Shown: piece after piece, positions 1 through 12,659 of the stretch
How positions within the stretch are numbered: position 1 is the stretch's first letter
Layout: every line of letters starts with the position of its first letter
DNA from: Malacoraja senta
Lineage: Eukaryota
Assembly: GCA_038087875.1 (NCBI GenBank)
Contig: CM075997.1
Location: 7,256,001-7,320,000 of the forward strand
Reading direction: 5' to 3'
DNA: 64,000 nt
Notes under the pieces: generated by a model
Database searches by the model: none
What the model was told of the DNA's origin: nothing
The model's input: only the letters and a program-made list of their open reading frames with translations
Translations under genes and position numbers: made by a program

Positions 1-534
1 GTTGAGAAATAATGTCTTCAGCAATGCTGATGACGCACAAGGAGCTATTCTGCCTCAGCTGCGGTAGCCTGGAGATCATTGGAACTGTGATGGGAAACAT
101 AAACAGTTGTGGTTCTTGCCACGGTTGTTCTTGCGCTAAGTGTGAAACGTTTAAATCTCACCACGTTTCAGAATATTGGAGGATTATTTGTTAACGGTGT
201 GAGAGATTGTTATTTCCTGTGTTAATTGATGTCAGCAGAAGCTAAAATCCACTTAGTTTACCTCTTTATAAACTTTACTTTGATAAAGCCTGGGCCTATC
301 AAATCTCAGAGGAATTTCAAAGTGAGGGCTCTGTTGTCGTCCAGTAAAACACTCGCAGCTAGATTGTGCACAGCATGCACCTGTGAACAGTGGTGCTTGC
401 ATGCTTTTATATGCAAGTTAAGACTCAAATATTAAAAAAAAATTCGGACCTGAAACATAGGAGCTGGTGCCCAAAACCTGGCAACTCTCCTCTCCTCATT
501 CAGTGTGGTCTACTGTCTTACGCTCTTATACTTA

Positions 535-771
535 AGGGCCTGTCCCACTTTCACGACCTAATTCACCACCTCTGCCGAGTTTGCCCTTGACTCATACTCG
601 CAGCATGGTCGTCACGAGGTCGTAGGAGGTCGTAGGAAGGTCGTAGCAGGCCGTGATGCTAGTCGTAGGTACTCGTGGCATCAAGTAGGTCGGGGCGTTT
701 TTCTAGCCTGATGGAAAATGTCCACGAGTAAAAAAGGTTGTGCGTTAGGTCGTGAAAGTGGGACAGGGGCT
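535..771. mobile_element. PIF/Harbinger-type MITE, family A (short)
   Basis: TIRs AGGGCCTGTCCCAC / GTGGGACAGGGGCT, TSD TTA; near-identical to 29057-29295. Confidence 0.85.
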
Positions 772-826
772 TTAGTGTGATTGTGTCTAATGTATAGTAG
801 GAACTGAACTGAACTGTACGCAAAAT

Positions 827-1132
827 GGTGGCACAGTGACGCAGCGGTAGAGTTGCTGCCTCACAGCGCCAGAGACCCGGGTTCCATCCTGACCTCAGCA
901 GCTGCCTGTACGAAGTTTGTACGTTCTCCCCGTGACCCTGTGGGTTTCCCCCGGGTGCTCCAGTTTCCACCCATGCTCCAAAGACGTACAGGTTGGTAGG
1001 TTAATTTGGCTTTGGTAAAAAACAATTGAAAATTGTCCCTAGTGCGTGTGGGATAGTGTGCGGGGATCGCTGGTCGGCGCGGACTCGGAGGGCCGAGGGG
1101 CCTGTTTCCGCGCTGGATCTCTAAACTAAACT
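827..1132 (+). mobile_element. tRNA-derived V-SINE (HE1-like)
   Basis: A/B-box head, V-domain, GGGCCGA.GGGCCTGTTTCC 3' part and (CTAAA)n tail. Confidence 0.85.
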
Positions 1133-1628
1133 AGAAAATAATTCCACTGTTTGGGTACACTTGGTAATAAAGTGCTATTGAAGCCTTCTTTCTAATTCGG
1201 AGCTTTGAGAGTGCCGTTATGGGTTACAGTAGGCATGCAGGAGTAAATGACTATGGGAGTAAAGCATTCCTAGTTTTAAATTATAGATTGGAGAGGTAAT
1301 TTTCCTTCATTTAAAATTATAGCCACAGGAAAAGATTGCACCTACGTTATAAATTGCTGATGGTGTTTCACCGTCTAAATATTGTGACCACTATTTTATC
1401 TGCAGTGATTGATTACACCCTGTAACATTGAGTGGAGAGAATTCTTCACTGCCATGCAGTTAGTGGGCTGTTACCACCGCCTGTTTGTTAATGTGTAACA
1501 CTGACAGCCCTCTGAGATTTGAATGGTGTCTTTGCCTTGTTTCGAGGACTCTGCTCGCTATCTACGGGCAGCTGTGGATACGTCTGAACAAATATCATGT
1601 CGAAAATATTCATCGCAACGCAAAGTAA

Positions 1629-1938
1629 AGGGCCTGTCCCACTGTACGAGTTAATTCAAGAGCTCTCCCGTGTTCAGAATAAAAAATCAAACTCATGGTA
1701 AGCACCTAGAATGAACGTAGCGGGTACGTCGGAGCTCGGGGACGTCTCTTAGCGGCTCGTAACGCTAACGGCAGGTACTCGGGAAACGCGGTAAGCTCGG
1801 GAAGACTCGTGAAGATTTTTCAACATGTTGAAAAATGTCCACGAGAGCCCCGAGTACCTATCACCGTAATTCTCCGAGTTCGAATCAGGGGAAACTCGGG
1901 AGAACTCTTGAATTATGTCGTACAGTGGGACAGGCCCT
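1629..1938. mobile_element. PIF/Harbinger-type MITE, family B
   Basis: Shared TIR, TSD TAA/TAA. Confidence 0.85.
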
Positions 1939-2100
1939 TAATGGGAGGTGCTAGGAGTTTCTAAAGTTTAGTCTAAATGGCGGGTCTCGATCGAAACATC
2001 GTCCATTCCTTCTATCCGGAGATGCTGCCTGTCCCGCTGATACAAAGTGCTGGAGTAAATCAAGAGGGTCAGGCAGCATCTCTGGAGAAAAAGGATGGGC

Positions 2101-2665
2101 ACTCTATCTGGGGAAGGATGTGCTGGCTCTGGAGAGGGTCTACGAGAATGATTCCAGGAATGAGTGGGTTAACCTACGATGAGCGTTTGTGGGCACTGGG
2201 CCTGTACTCGCTGGTGTTTAGAAGAATGAGGGGGACCTCATTGAAATGTACAGAATAGTGAAAGGCTTGGATAGAGTGGATGTGGAGAGGATGTTTCCAC
2301 TAGTGGGAGAGTCTAGGACTCAAGGTCATAGCCTCAGAATTAAGGGATGTTCTTTTAGGAAGGAGATGAGGAGAAATTTCTTTAGTCAGAGGGTGGTGAA
2401 TCTGTGGAATTCTTCGCCACAGAAAGCTGTGGAGGCCAAGTCAGTGGATATTGTGGAGGCAATTTGCCATAGTAGGCTGTGGAAGCCAAGTTAGTGGATA
2501 TTTTGAAGGCAGAGATAGATAGATTTTTGATTACTGGTAGTATGGGCGTCAGAGGTTATGAGTAGAAGGCAGGAGAATGGGGTTAGGAGGGAGAGATAGA
2601 TCAGTCATGATTGAATGGCGGAGTAGACATGATGGGCCGAATGGCCTAATTCTGCTTCTATCCCT
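2101..2665 (+). mobile_element. CR1/HER1-like LINE 3' fragment
   Basis: Frameshifted ORF2 C-terminus (LGLYSL, FFSQRVVNLWN) plus 3' UTR. Confidence 0.8.
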
Positions 2666-2925
2666 TATGACACCGCCAGAGCAATTGCGCTGATGCACGG
2701 AGCCCTCTGGATGTGTCGCACTTGAAGACAATTACTGTGAGTGCAGTAATCAGGCTGCAAGGCTTCATCAGTCTACATGCTGTGAGCTGTCAACAGTGGG
2801 TCTGGTCCCCACCTGCCTGACACTTGTCCTCTGTACCTAATCTGTAGCAGGAGGAATGTAATCACAGTATTACTCCACTCCCACTGCTTGCTTACATATG
2901 ATGTTGGAAGCGAATTGGAAGGAAA

Positions 2926-3707
2926 GGTCACGGTAGTGCAGCGGTAGAGTTGCTGCCTTAAGGGGCTGTCCCACTGTACGAGGTAATTCAAGAGCTCTCC
3001 CGAGTTAAAAAAAATCAAGCTCGTGGTAAGCACGTAGAATGTACGTAGCGGGTACGTCGGAGCTCGGGGACGTCTCTTAGCGGCTCGTAACGCTAACGGC
3101 AGGTACTCGGGAAACGCAGTAAGCTCGGAAGACTCGGGAAGATTTTTCAACATGTTGAAAAATGTCCACGAGAGCCCCGAGTACCCACGAGCGGCTATTA
3201 CCGTAATTCCCCGAGTTCGAATTAGGGGAAACTCGGGAGAACTCTTGAATTAGCTCGTACAGTGGGACAGCCCCTTTAGAGCGCTTCCAGCGCCGGAGAC
3301 CCGGGTTCGATCCCGACCACGGCTGCTGTCTGCACGGAGTTTGTCCGTTCTCCCCGTGACCCGCGTGGGTTTTCTCCGAGATGAATGAATGAATAAGTTT
3401 ATTGGCCAAGTAATCACATACAAGGAATTTGCCTTGGTGCTCCACCCGCAAGTGACCACATGACATACAGTGACAGTTAGGAATGACACATAAAACATTA
3501 ATAATAAAACATTATCGATTAATCATAAATCTTCGGTTTCCTGCCACACTCCAAAGACCTACAGGTTTGTAGGTAAATTGGCTAGGTAAATGTAAAAATT
3601 GTCCCTAGTGTGTGTAGGATAGTGTTAATGTGCGGGGATCGCTGGTCGGTGCGGACCCGGTGGGCCGAAGGGCCTGTTTCCGCGCTGTATCTCTAAACTA
3701 AACTAAA
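2926..3707 (+). mobile_element. V-SINE interrupted by a MITE and by a Rex1/Babar 3' tail fragment
   Basis: SINE pieces are collinear around inserts at 2961-3275 and about 3381-3525. Confidence 0.75.
2961..3275. mobile_element. PIF/Harbinger-type MITE, family B
   Basis: TIRs, TSD TTA/TTA, inside SINE sequence GCTGCCTTA. Confidence 0.87.
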
Positions 3708-4633
3708 CAAGGCCCCACTTTGTGATTCCAACAGAGAATCAGTGCAACAAAAGATGTATTAGCTGTTGTCAAGGATTGTGAGAGAATCCAGAACTTTTTT
3801 AAAGTCAACACCTGTGCAATGTTTGATACATTGTTCGAATGGGTCTCGACCCGAAACGTCACCTATTCCTTCGCTCCATAGTTGCTGTCTCACCAGTTGA
3901 GTTTCTCCAGCATTTTTATCCACCAACAAATCTTTAGCTAGTGATTCCTCATTGTGAAAGCCTTTTATGTACTGGTAAATAATTAATCTCCAATCCACTG
4001 CCGCAGTCATTATCTAATTACACTTAGCTATGGGGAATCTTTCCCCTCTGCAGACATGTATTGGAAATCCATGTCAGCAACCAGATCTCACCGGGTGCTT
4101 CTGCCGACTGTGACTACCCAGTGAAAGTACATGGATGAATGAATAAGTTTATTGGCTAAGTATTCACATACAAGGAATTTGCCTTGGTGCTCCGCCCACA
4201 AGTGACAACGTGGCATACAGTGACAGTTATTTGGGATCTGATAAATATGGACAATAGACAATAGACAATAGGTGCAGGAGTAGGCCATTCGGCCCTTCGA
4301 GCCAGCACCGCCATTCAATGTGATCATGGCTGATCATCCCCAATCAGTAACCCGTTCCTGCCTTCTCCCCATATCCCCTGACTCCGCTATCTTTAAGAGC
4401 CCTATCTAGCTCTCTCTTGAAAGCATCCAGCTGCGCCACCGTGCCGCCCTTCACTCGTGACTGAGGAAGTGAAGTGAATTTCGCTAAAGTGTGAAATATC
4501 TTTACTGTATCAGTTTCCATCCATGTACTTTCACTGGGTGGCCAGGGCTGCTCTCTAGTTGTGGTTGGATGGTTCGTTTGCCCGATAACAGCTACTGACT
4601 AGTGCGAAATATAGTTATAATTTTCCATCCATG

Positions 4634-4972
4634 TTAAGGGCTTGGACACGCTAGAGGCAGGAAACATGTTCCCGATGCTGGGGGAGTCCAGAACCAGGGG
4701 CCACAGTTTAAGAATAAGGAGTAAGCCATTTAGAACGGAGACGAGGAAACACTTTTTCTCACAGAGAGTTGTGAGTCTGTGGAATTCTCTGCCTCAGAGG
4801 GCGGTGGAGGCAGGTTCTCTGGATGCTTTCAAGAGAGAGCTAGATAGGGCTCTTAAAGATAGCGGAGTCAGGGGATATGGGGAGAAGGCAGGAACGGGGT
4901 ACTGATTGGGGATGATCAGCCATGATCACATTGAATGGCGGTGCGGGCTCGAAGGGCCGAATGGCCTACTCC
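4634..4972 (+). mobile_element. CR1/HER1-like LINE 3' fragment
   Basis: TRGHSLRI...QRVVSLWNSLP...GTGY-stop plus 3' UTR; an inverted sister copy lies at 4254-4430. Confidence 0.85.
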
Positions 4973-5072
4973 TTTCGGCCCTTCGAGCCATTCAATGTGA
5001 TCATGACTGATTGTCACAGTGAACAATATATTAGATGAAAACTGAATAAATATTTGCAATAGAGTGGGATAA

Positions 5073-5075
5073 GAG

Positions 5076-5150
<75 letters not shown>

Positions 5151-5217
5151 GAGAGATATAGAGAGAGAGAGAGAGACAGACAGAGAGAGGGAGAGAGTGA
5201 GAGAGAGAGTGAGAGAG
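5073..5217. repeat. (GATA)n then (GA)n microsatellite
   Basis: Directly visible. Confidence 0.95.
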
Positions 5218-5741
5218 TGCACCTGTATTTTCTGCGGCGAGGAAGAGACCGTGTTCCACGTGTATATGGCGTGTGAGAGGTTACTGCCCCTGTACCAATA
5301 TCTGAAGGGGTTGTTCCTCAAGTTCTGGCTGCATTTTAGTCCCATGGTTCTAGTGTTTGGACACAAGGCAGGGAGTGAGGAGAGACGATCGGGGGGGGGG
5401 GGGGGGTGGGACTTCCCTATCGGTTTGCTCCGGGGCCTGGCCAAGATGGCCGTTCGCGGGTCCAGGCAGCGGGCGGTCGATGGTCACACCAGAGTCGGCT
5501 GCCCGCCCCTCTTCCGGGCCTACGTCCATGCGCACGTGTCCCTGTGGAGGGAACATGCGGTGTCCATGGGGACTCTGGAGGCCTTCCGTCAACGCTGGTC
5601 ACCGCGTGGGGTCGAGAGCATTGTAAATAATGACTGGACCATTGTACTATAATGACTGCTTGATGTATTGTAACCTTTGAATGTACTTTTGGTACGCTGC
5701 GTTATGCATTTTGCTGAATAAAGTCCTTGGAGAGGAAAATA

Positions 5742-5746
<5 letters not shown>
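5218..5746 (+). mobile_element. Tx1-like LINE, 5'-truncated (ORF2 C-terminal zinc finger, 3' UTR, A-rich tail)
   Basis: CIFCGEEETVFHVYMAC motif, stop at 5652, AATAAA; (GA)n on both sides. Confidence 0.7.
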
Positions 5747-5783
<37 letters not shown>

Positions 5784-6562
5784 GGAGAGAGGGAGAGAGA
5801 GAGAGAGACAGAGAGAGAGAGCTTTGTAATGAGTCATAAAATTAATGTGCGGCAGCTTCTGCAATAAATCTGCTCAAATATTTACTGTGCTATCGATTTA
5901 ATGAGAAACTTTGTGTAAAATGAAACTAAATGAGGGCATCCCAACAGCCGTAAACTTCCCAAAGCTACAAAAACAAAACTGAAGAGCCACGTTTTTCTCG
6001 ACAGCTGCAACATAAAGTCTCCAATAAACCAACCCGACCAAAATCACTGGAATATTGGAAGTATAAGCTGGGGAAATGTAATTAGAGAGCCATTGGATCA
6101 TAGTCATTCAGCATGGAAACAGGCCCTTCGGCCCAGCTTTCCCATGCTGACCATGATGCTCCATCTACACTAGTCAGTAGCTGTTATCACTGGTCCACTG
6201 TGCCACTGTGAACGTATTATATAATACAGTCTCTGAGGAGATTAAAGATCACTGCTTCAATTAGTATTTTCCGCGAGGATATGTGAAGTGCAGGCACAAC
6301 AGTGACACAGCGGTAGAGTTGCTGCCTTACAGCGATTTCAGCACCAGGGACCCAGGTTCGATCCCGACTACAGGTGCTGTCTGTATGGAGTTTCTACGTT
6401 CTCCGCGCGACCGCGTGGGTTTTCTCTGAGATCTTCGGTTTCCTCCCACACTCCAAAGACGTACAAAGGTTTGTAGCTTAATTGGATTGGTGTCAATGTA
6501 ATTGTCCCCAGTGTGGGATCGTGTTAATGAACGGGCACCGTGGCACAGCAGTTCAATCCTGA

Positions 6563-6737
6563 AGGGCCTGTCCCAGGTGGCGCGCGAAGATTTTGTACAT
6601 CCCAAAATCCTGGGGCGCCGCGCGCAACCGCGCGTCACTGCCTACGTCACCACACACTATGCGCGCGTAATGCATCGTGACGCGTAAATTATGTCGCGTA
6701 AATGGCGCGCAAATGACGCCCAAGTGGGACAGGCCCT
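6563..6737. mobile_element. PIF/Harbinger-type MITE, family C, internally deleted
   Basis: TIRs; interior matches 19863-20053 and 20707-20945. Confidence 0.8.
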
Positions 6738-7219
6738 TAACTATGGGTGTTGCATAATCAAGGACCAGTCTCACCCCGGCCACTCCCTCTTCTCCCCTCT
6801 CCCATCAGGCACAACGTACAGAAGTGTGTAAACGCACACCGCCAGATTCAGGGACGGTTTCCTCCCAGCTGTTATCAGGCAACTGAACCATCCTCTCAAC
6901 AAATAGAGAGCGGTCCTGACCTCCCATCTACCTCATTGGTGACCCTTGGACTTTCTTTAATCGGACATTATCTTGCACTAAACATTTCCCAGCTGTTATC
7001 AGGCATCTGAGCCATCCTATCAACAACATCAGAGCAGTCATGAGCTCCCATCTACCTCATTGGAGACCCTCAACTATCTTTAAGGGGAATTTACTGGACT
7101 TTACCTGGCATTAAATGTTGTTCGGTCTCGACCCGAAACGTCACATATTCCTTCGCTCCATAGATGCTGCTTCACCCGCTGAGTTTCTCCAGCATTTTTG
7201 TCTTCCCTCTACCCTTTAT

Positions 7220-7517
7220 GCTCCCCGTTGAATTTCAACCTTGTTGTGGTCGGGGAGCTTGTGACCCCTAGAGCTTTGCCAGTGGGAGGTTCCTCTCCTG
7301 TTAGGGTCTCCCATACTGGACAGGTCGAAGGGTAGAGGCGAGACGAAGAGTGATCCACTGGTCCTCCAGGTTGGAGGTTGAGCGCAGGGCTAACAACCCT
7401 GTCTCGTAAAACAAATATGTTACAGAAACAGCAAGTGAAGGAATCAACACTACTGAGTGGAGGACCTTCGTTGCTGCCCTACATGCCAGGAGGCATAATA
7501 GTCAGTAAGTAAGTAAA
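7220..7517 (+). mobile_element. Short non-autonomous RTE-type retroposon (5' UTR-like part joined to a 3' tail)
   Basis: 12-bp TSD TCTACCCTTTAT (7208-7219, 7518-7529) and (GTAA)n tail. The RTE assignment is from recalled motifs. Confidence 0.65.
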
Positions 7518-9210
7518 TCTACCCTTTATCCCGTGTCTGTAAACAATGGATGGCTCGATTGTAATCACGTGACATTCCACTGACTGGATAGCACACAAAA
7601 GCTTTTCACTGTACCTCGGTACACGTGACAATATACCCAACTAAACCCAAGACAGATGCAAAAAGCAGGAGTAACTCAGCAGGACAGGCAGCATCTCTGG
7701 AGAGAAGGAATGGGTGATGTTTCGGGTGGAGACCCCTCCTCAGACTAAACCCAATATTGGCATAAATTGCTGTTCAGTGTTTAATGAAGAGTAAAGGTTA
7801 TGAAATAACTCGTATTTTTCTTCAATGCAGAGTGAAACAGCAATTTGTGGAATTCCCTGCCACAGAGGGCAGTGGAGGCCAAATCACTGGATGGATTTAA
7901 GAGAGAGTTAGATAGAGCTCTAGGGGCTAGTGGAGTCAAGGGATATGGGGAGAAGGCAGGCACGGGTTATTGATTGGGGACGATCAGCCATGATCACAAT
8001 GAATGGCGGTGCTGGCTCGAAGGGCCGAATGGCCTCCTCCTGCACCAATTTTCTATGTTTCTAAAAGTAATAGATCGAGTTATGGACAGTGCTATCAAGC
8101 ACCAGCCACCAATAACTGGTAGAGCTGCTGTCTCACAGCGCCAGAGACCCTGGTTCAATCCTGACCTTGGGAACTGTCTGTGTGGAGTTCTTCTGTTCAG
8201 TACTGTACCTCTTGCCTGTTGGGAGAGGGGAGAAGAGGGAGTGACTGATCCTTGATTATGCTGCTGGCCTATCCTCCGGGTGCACTGGTTTCCTCCCACA
8301 TCCCAAAGACGTGCGGGTTTGTGGGTTAGTTAGCCCTCTGTAAATTGCCCCTTAGTGTGTAGGGAGTGGATGAGAAAAAGGGGAAACAGAGAACTGTGAT
8401 CGGATGCTCGATGATCAGCGCGGACTTGGTTGGCCGAAGGACCTATTTCCACGCTGCATCCCTAAACTAAACTGAACAGATAGTGTACACAGGAGAGGAA
8501 TATATCGTTGCAATTTTCCAACCAGTTTGATTTCAGCAGGTCTTTTTTTCCGAAGGTAAACACAATAAGCTGGTGTAACTCAGCGGGTCAGGCAGCATCT
8601 CTGGAGATGAGGAATAGGCGATGTTTCAGGTCGAGACTCTTCATCAGTCTTTTCTTTCCAATAGAGTCATCGCACAGATCAATGTTTAAGAAGGAACTGC
8701 AGATGCTGGAAAATCGAAGGTAGACAAAAATCAGTGAAGAAGGGTTTCGGCCCGAAACGTTGCCTATTTCCTTCGCTCCATAGATGCTGCCTCACCCGCT
8801 GAGCTTCTCCAGCATTTTTATCTACCTTCGTACAGATCAAGTCCACTTTAGCTCTCTTTGGAAGCTTTCTGCTGTTAACATTGAAATATTGACTGGAGGA
8901 TTATAACAGTGGGTATTAGTCTTTTCAATTCTGTCAACTTCTTTTGCTAAGTTATAATTGCGAGGCTTTTCAATAAGCGGTACATTGGTAAGGAACAGAT
9001 TACACGACTGAAACACCATCTGATAAGAGCGTGCCATCACGCCTGTTGTTTCACAGGAGCCAAATCACAATAACAATCCCTGCTTTCATGAATCATCTTA
9101 CACTGCCATCAGATTTCTAAGACATAGGTCAACTCCCCGAGAATTTGCTAACTCTTTGTTGAATCTACCACTTGAAGTAGTGGTTGGTTTGCGAGGGATA
9201 TGAAAGATAA

Positions 9211-9505
9211 GGCACGGTGGCGCAGCGGTAGAGTTGCTGCCTCACAGCACCAGAGACCCAGGTTCGATCCTGAGTTGGGGTTTGTACCTTCTCCCCGTGA
9301 CCTGCGTGGGTTTTCTCCGAGATCTTCGGTTTGCTCCCACACTCCAAAGACGTGCAGGTTTGTAGGTTAATTGGCTTGGTATAAATGTAAATTGTCCCTA
9401 GTGTGTGTCGGGTAGTGTTAGTGTGCGGGGATCGCTGGTCGGCGCTGACTCGGTGGGCTGAAGGGCCTGTTTCCATGCTGTATCTCTAAACTAAACTGAA
9501 CTAAA
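9211..9505 (+). mobile_element. V-SINE (HE1-like)
   Basis: tRNA head, V-domain and tail, with a small internal deletion. Confidence 0.85.
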
Positions 9506-9596
9506 TAAGGAATAGGTGTGAATTAGGATTTCCAGCTGAAGGGGGACTGTGGTAAAAGAGAATTGAAGTCACAACCTTTTTGCATTTAGTGGTTTA

Positions 9597-10014
9597 CTAG
9601 ACCAAGTGCAGACCCGTTGGGTCTGGACCCCGAACGTGCTTCAGACCCCGGGGCGAAAATCGCTGGCGAAAGGAAAAAAATGGCGTCATTTTTGGAGCAG
9701 AGCCGGACGGCAGCAGCCGTTATGGTGGCTGGCCAGCAGGAGGAGACAAAATGAGTGAGTGGGGGGTGGGGGGGGGAGAAGGATTTTATTTAAAATGTCT
9801 ACATAAACACGACGAAATTTAATCAGGAGTGGATACTTGGAATGAAAAGTGAAATCTCTACCGAAATGGAATAAATCTCGGCGTTTCTGCGTGTGGTGTT
9901 GGCGTAGCAACGAATCAAAGGAAGGCTGGCACCCACAAGACAGGCAGAAACACACACACACACACACAGACAGGCAGAAACACACACACACACGGAGTTT
10001 TAAATATAGAAAGA
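9597..10014 (-). mobile_element. Non-autonomous Helitron
   Basis: Minus strand ends with hairpin CAGACCC-AAC-GGGTCTG, 8 nt, CTAG|T. An A|TC 5' end lies within the (GATA)n run, so its position is ambiguous up to 10030. Confidence 0.7.
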
Positions 10015-10047
10015 TAGATAGATAGATAGACTCTAGATCCGAGTAGC

Positions 10048-10483
10048 GCAGAGAAGTGGCAGATGGAATACAGTGTAGCAAAGTGTAGAGTCGTGCATTT
10101 TGGTAGTAGGAATGAAGGCGTAGTTTATTTTCTAAATGGGGAGAGAATCCAGAAATCAGAGGTGCAAAGGGACTTGGGATCGCTATTGCAGGATTCCCAA
10201 AAACTTAATCTGCAAGTCGAATTGGTAGTAAAGAAAGCAAACTCAATGCAGGCATTTATTTCAAGAGAGCTTGTGTACAAAAACAGGGATGTAACGCTGA
10301 GGCTTTATAAGGCGCTGGTCCGGCTGCATTTGGAATATTGTGAGCAATTTTGGGCACCGTATCTGAGGAAGGATGTGTCGGCTCTGGAGAGGGTCCAGAG
10401 GAGGTTTACAAGATTGATCCCAAGAATTAGTAGATTAACTTATGATGAGTATTTGTTGACACTGGGCCTGTACTCACTGGAGA
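10048..10483 (+). mobile_element. CR1-like LINE ORF2 internal fragment
   Basis: KCRVVHFG...LYKALVRLHLEYCEQFWAPY. Confidence 0.85.
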
Positions 10484-10494
10484 AACTGTGTGTG

Positions 10495-10526
<32 letters not shown>

Positions 10527-10553
10527 TGCATGCGTGTGTGTGTGTGTGTGTGT

Positions 10554-12151
10554 GTTGCATTCAGAAAGTTTTCAGACCTCTTCACTTTTTTCAGCCATAT
10601 TTTAAAATGGATTAACTGAAATTTTTTTGTTGTTGCATCAATCTACACACAATACCACAGAATGAAGAAGTGAAAACAGGGGTTTAGAAATTTTTGCAAA
10701 GTCATTAAAAATAAATAACTGAAATATCACATTTACAGAAGTATTCAGACCCTTTGCTATGACACTCCACATTGAGCTTAGGTTCATCATGTTTCCATTG
10801 ATTATCCTCGAGATGTTTCTACAACTTGATTGGAGTCCACCAGTGGTAAATTAAATTGATTGGACATGATTTGGAAAGGCACACACCTGTCTATATAGGG
10901 TCCCACAGTTGACAGTGAATGTCAGAGCAAAAACCAAGCCATGAAGACGAAGGAATTGTCCGTAGACCTCCGAGACAGGATTGTGTGGAGACACAGATCT
11001 GGGGAAGGGTATAAAACAATTTCTGCAGCATTGCAGGTCCCGAAGAGCACAGTGGCATCCGTCATTCTTAAATGGAAGAACTTTGGAACCACCACGACTC
11101 TTCATAGAGCTGTCCGCCCGGCCGGCCAAACTGAGCAATCTGAGGAGAAGGGCCTTGGTCAGGGAGGTGACCAAGAACCCGATGGTCACTCAGAGCTCCA
11201 GAGTTCCTTTGTGGAGATGGGAGAACCTTCCAGAAGGACAACTATATCTGCAGCACTCCACCAATCAGGCCTTTATGGTAGAGTGGCCAGACGGAAGCCA
11301 CTCCTCTGTAAAAGGCACATGACAGCCCGCTTGGAGTTTGCCAAAAGGCACCTAAAGGACTCTCAGACCATGAGAAACAAGATTCTCTGGTCTGATGAAA
11401 CCAAGATTGAACTCTTTGGCCTGAATGCCAAGCGTCACGTCTGGAGGAAACCAGGCACCGCTCATCACCTGGCCAATACCATACCCACGGTGAAGCATGG
11501 TGGTGGCAGTGTCATGCTGTGGGGATGTTTTTCAGCGGCAGGAACTGGGAGACTAGTCAGGATCGAGGGAAAGATGAACGGAGCAAAGTACAGAGAGATC
11601 CTTGATGAAAACCTGCTCCAGAGCGTTCTGGACCTCAGACTGGGGCAGAGGTTCACCTTCCAACAGGGCAACAACCCTAAGCACACAGCCAAGACAACGC
11701 GGGAGTGGCTTCGTGACAAGTCTGTGAATGTCCTTGAGTGGCCCAGCCAGAGCCCGGACTTGAATCCGATCGAACATCTCTGGAGGGACCTGAAAATAGC
11801 TGTGCATCGACGCTCCCCATCCAACCTGACAGAGCTTGAGAGGATCTGCAGAGAAGAATGGGAGAAATTACCCAAATACAGGTTGTACCCAAGAAGACTT
11901 GAGGCTGTAATCGCTGCCAAAGGTGCCTCAACAAAGTACTGAGTGAAGGTTCTGAATACTTATGTAAATGTGATATTTCAGTTATTTCTTTTTAATTACT
12001 TTGCAAAAAATTCTAAACACCTGTTTTTGCTTTTTTAATATGGGGTATCGTGTGTAGATTGATGATTTAAAAAAAAGAATTTAATCCATTTTAGAATAAG
12101 GCTGTAATGTAACAAAATGTGGAAAAACTGAAGGGGTCTGAATACTTTCTG
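10554..12151 (+). mobile_element. Tc1 DNA transposon with about 200-bp IR/DR-type TIRs, both termini eroded
   Basis: About 10554-10754 is the reverse complement of about 11945-12151; the AAGT.TTCAGACC motif occurs at both ends of each TIR. Confidence 0.9.
10941..11942 (+). pseudogene. Tc1 transposase, inactivated
   Basis: WSDETKIE and SPDLNPIEHLW present; the second catalytic motif QQDNDPKH reads QQGNNPKH; two compensating frameshifts around 11118-11192. Confidence 0.9.
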
Positions 12152-12659
12152 TATATGTGTGTAGGAAGGAACTGCAGATGCTGGTTTAAATCGAAGATAA
12201 ACACAAAATGCTGGAGTAACTCAGTGGGACAGGCAGCATCTCTGGAGAGAAGGAATGGGTGACGCTTCGGGTCGAGACCCTTCTTCAGACTTGTTCTTGT
12301 GTATGGCGTGCACAGCCTAAAGTTGTGGGACAATTTGTTCTATTTGATCTTATTTGATTGTGCACGCCAGGTTGATTGCATTCGTCGAAACAGGGCGGAC
12401 CACGTGAAGGTTGCAATCTCCCGCCCCTTCTTCAGACTGATAACCATATAACCATAACAGCACGGAAACAGGCCATCTCGGCCCTTCAAGTCCGTGCCGA
12501 ACATTTTTTTTAATTTTTTTTTAATTAAAAATAAATACTTCCCCCTAGTCCCATCTACCTGCACTCAGACCATAACCCTCCATTCCTTTCCCGTCCATAT
12601 ACCCATCCAATCTATTTTTAAAGGATAACATCGAACCTGCCTCCACCACTTCCACTGGA

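Noticed and set aside
827..900. tRNA-like A and B boxes here and at many other sites
   Set aside because: They are SINE heads continuing into the V-domain and tail, not tRNA genes.
10941..11942. Active Tc1 transposase
   Set aside because: Catalytic Asp lost, internal out-of-frame segment, small C-terminal deletion, eroded TIR ends.
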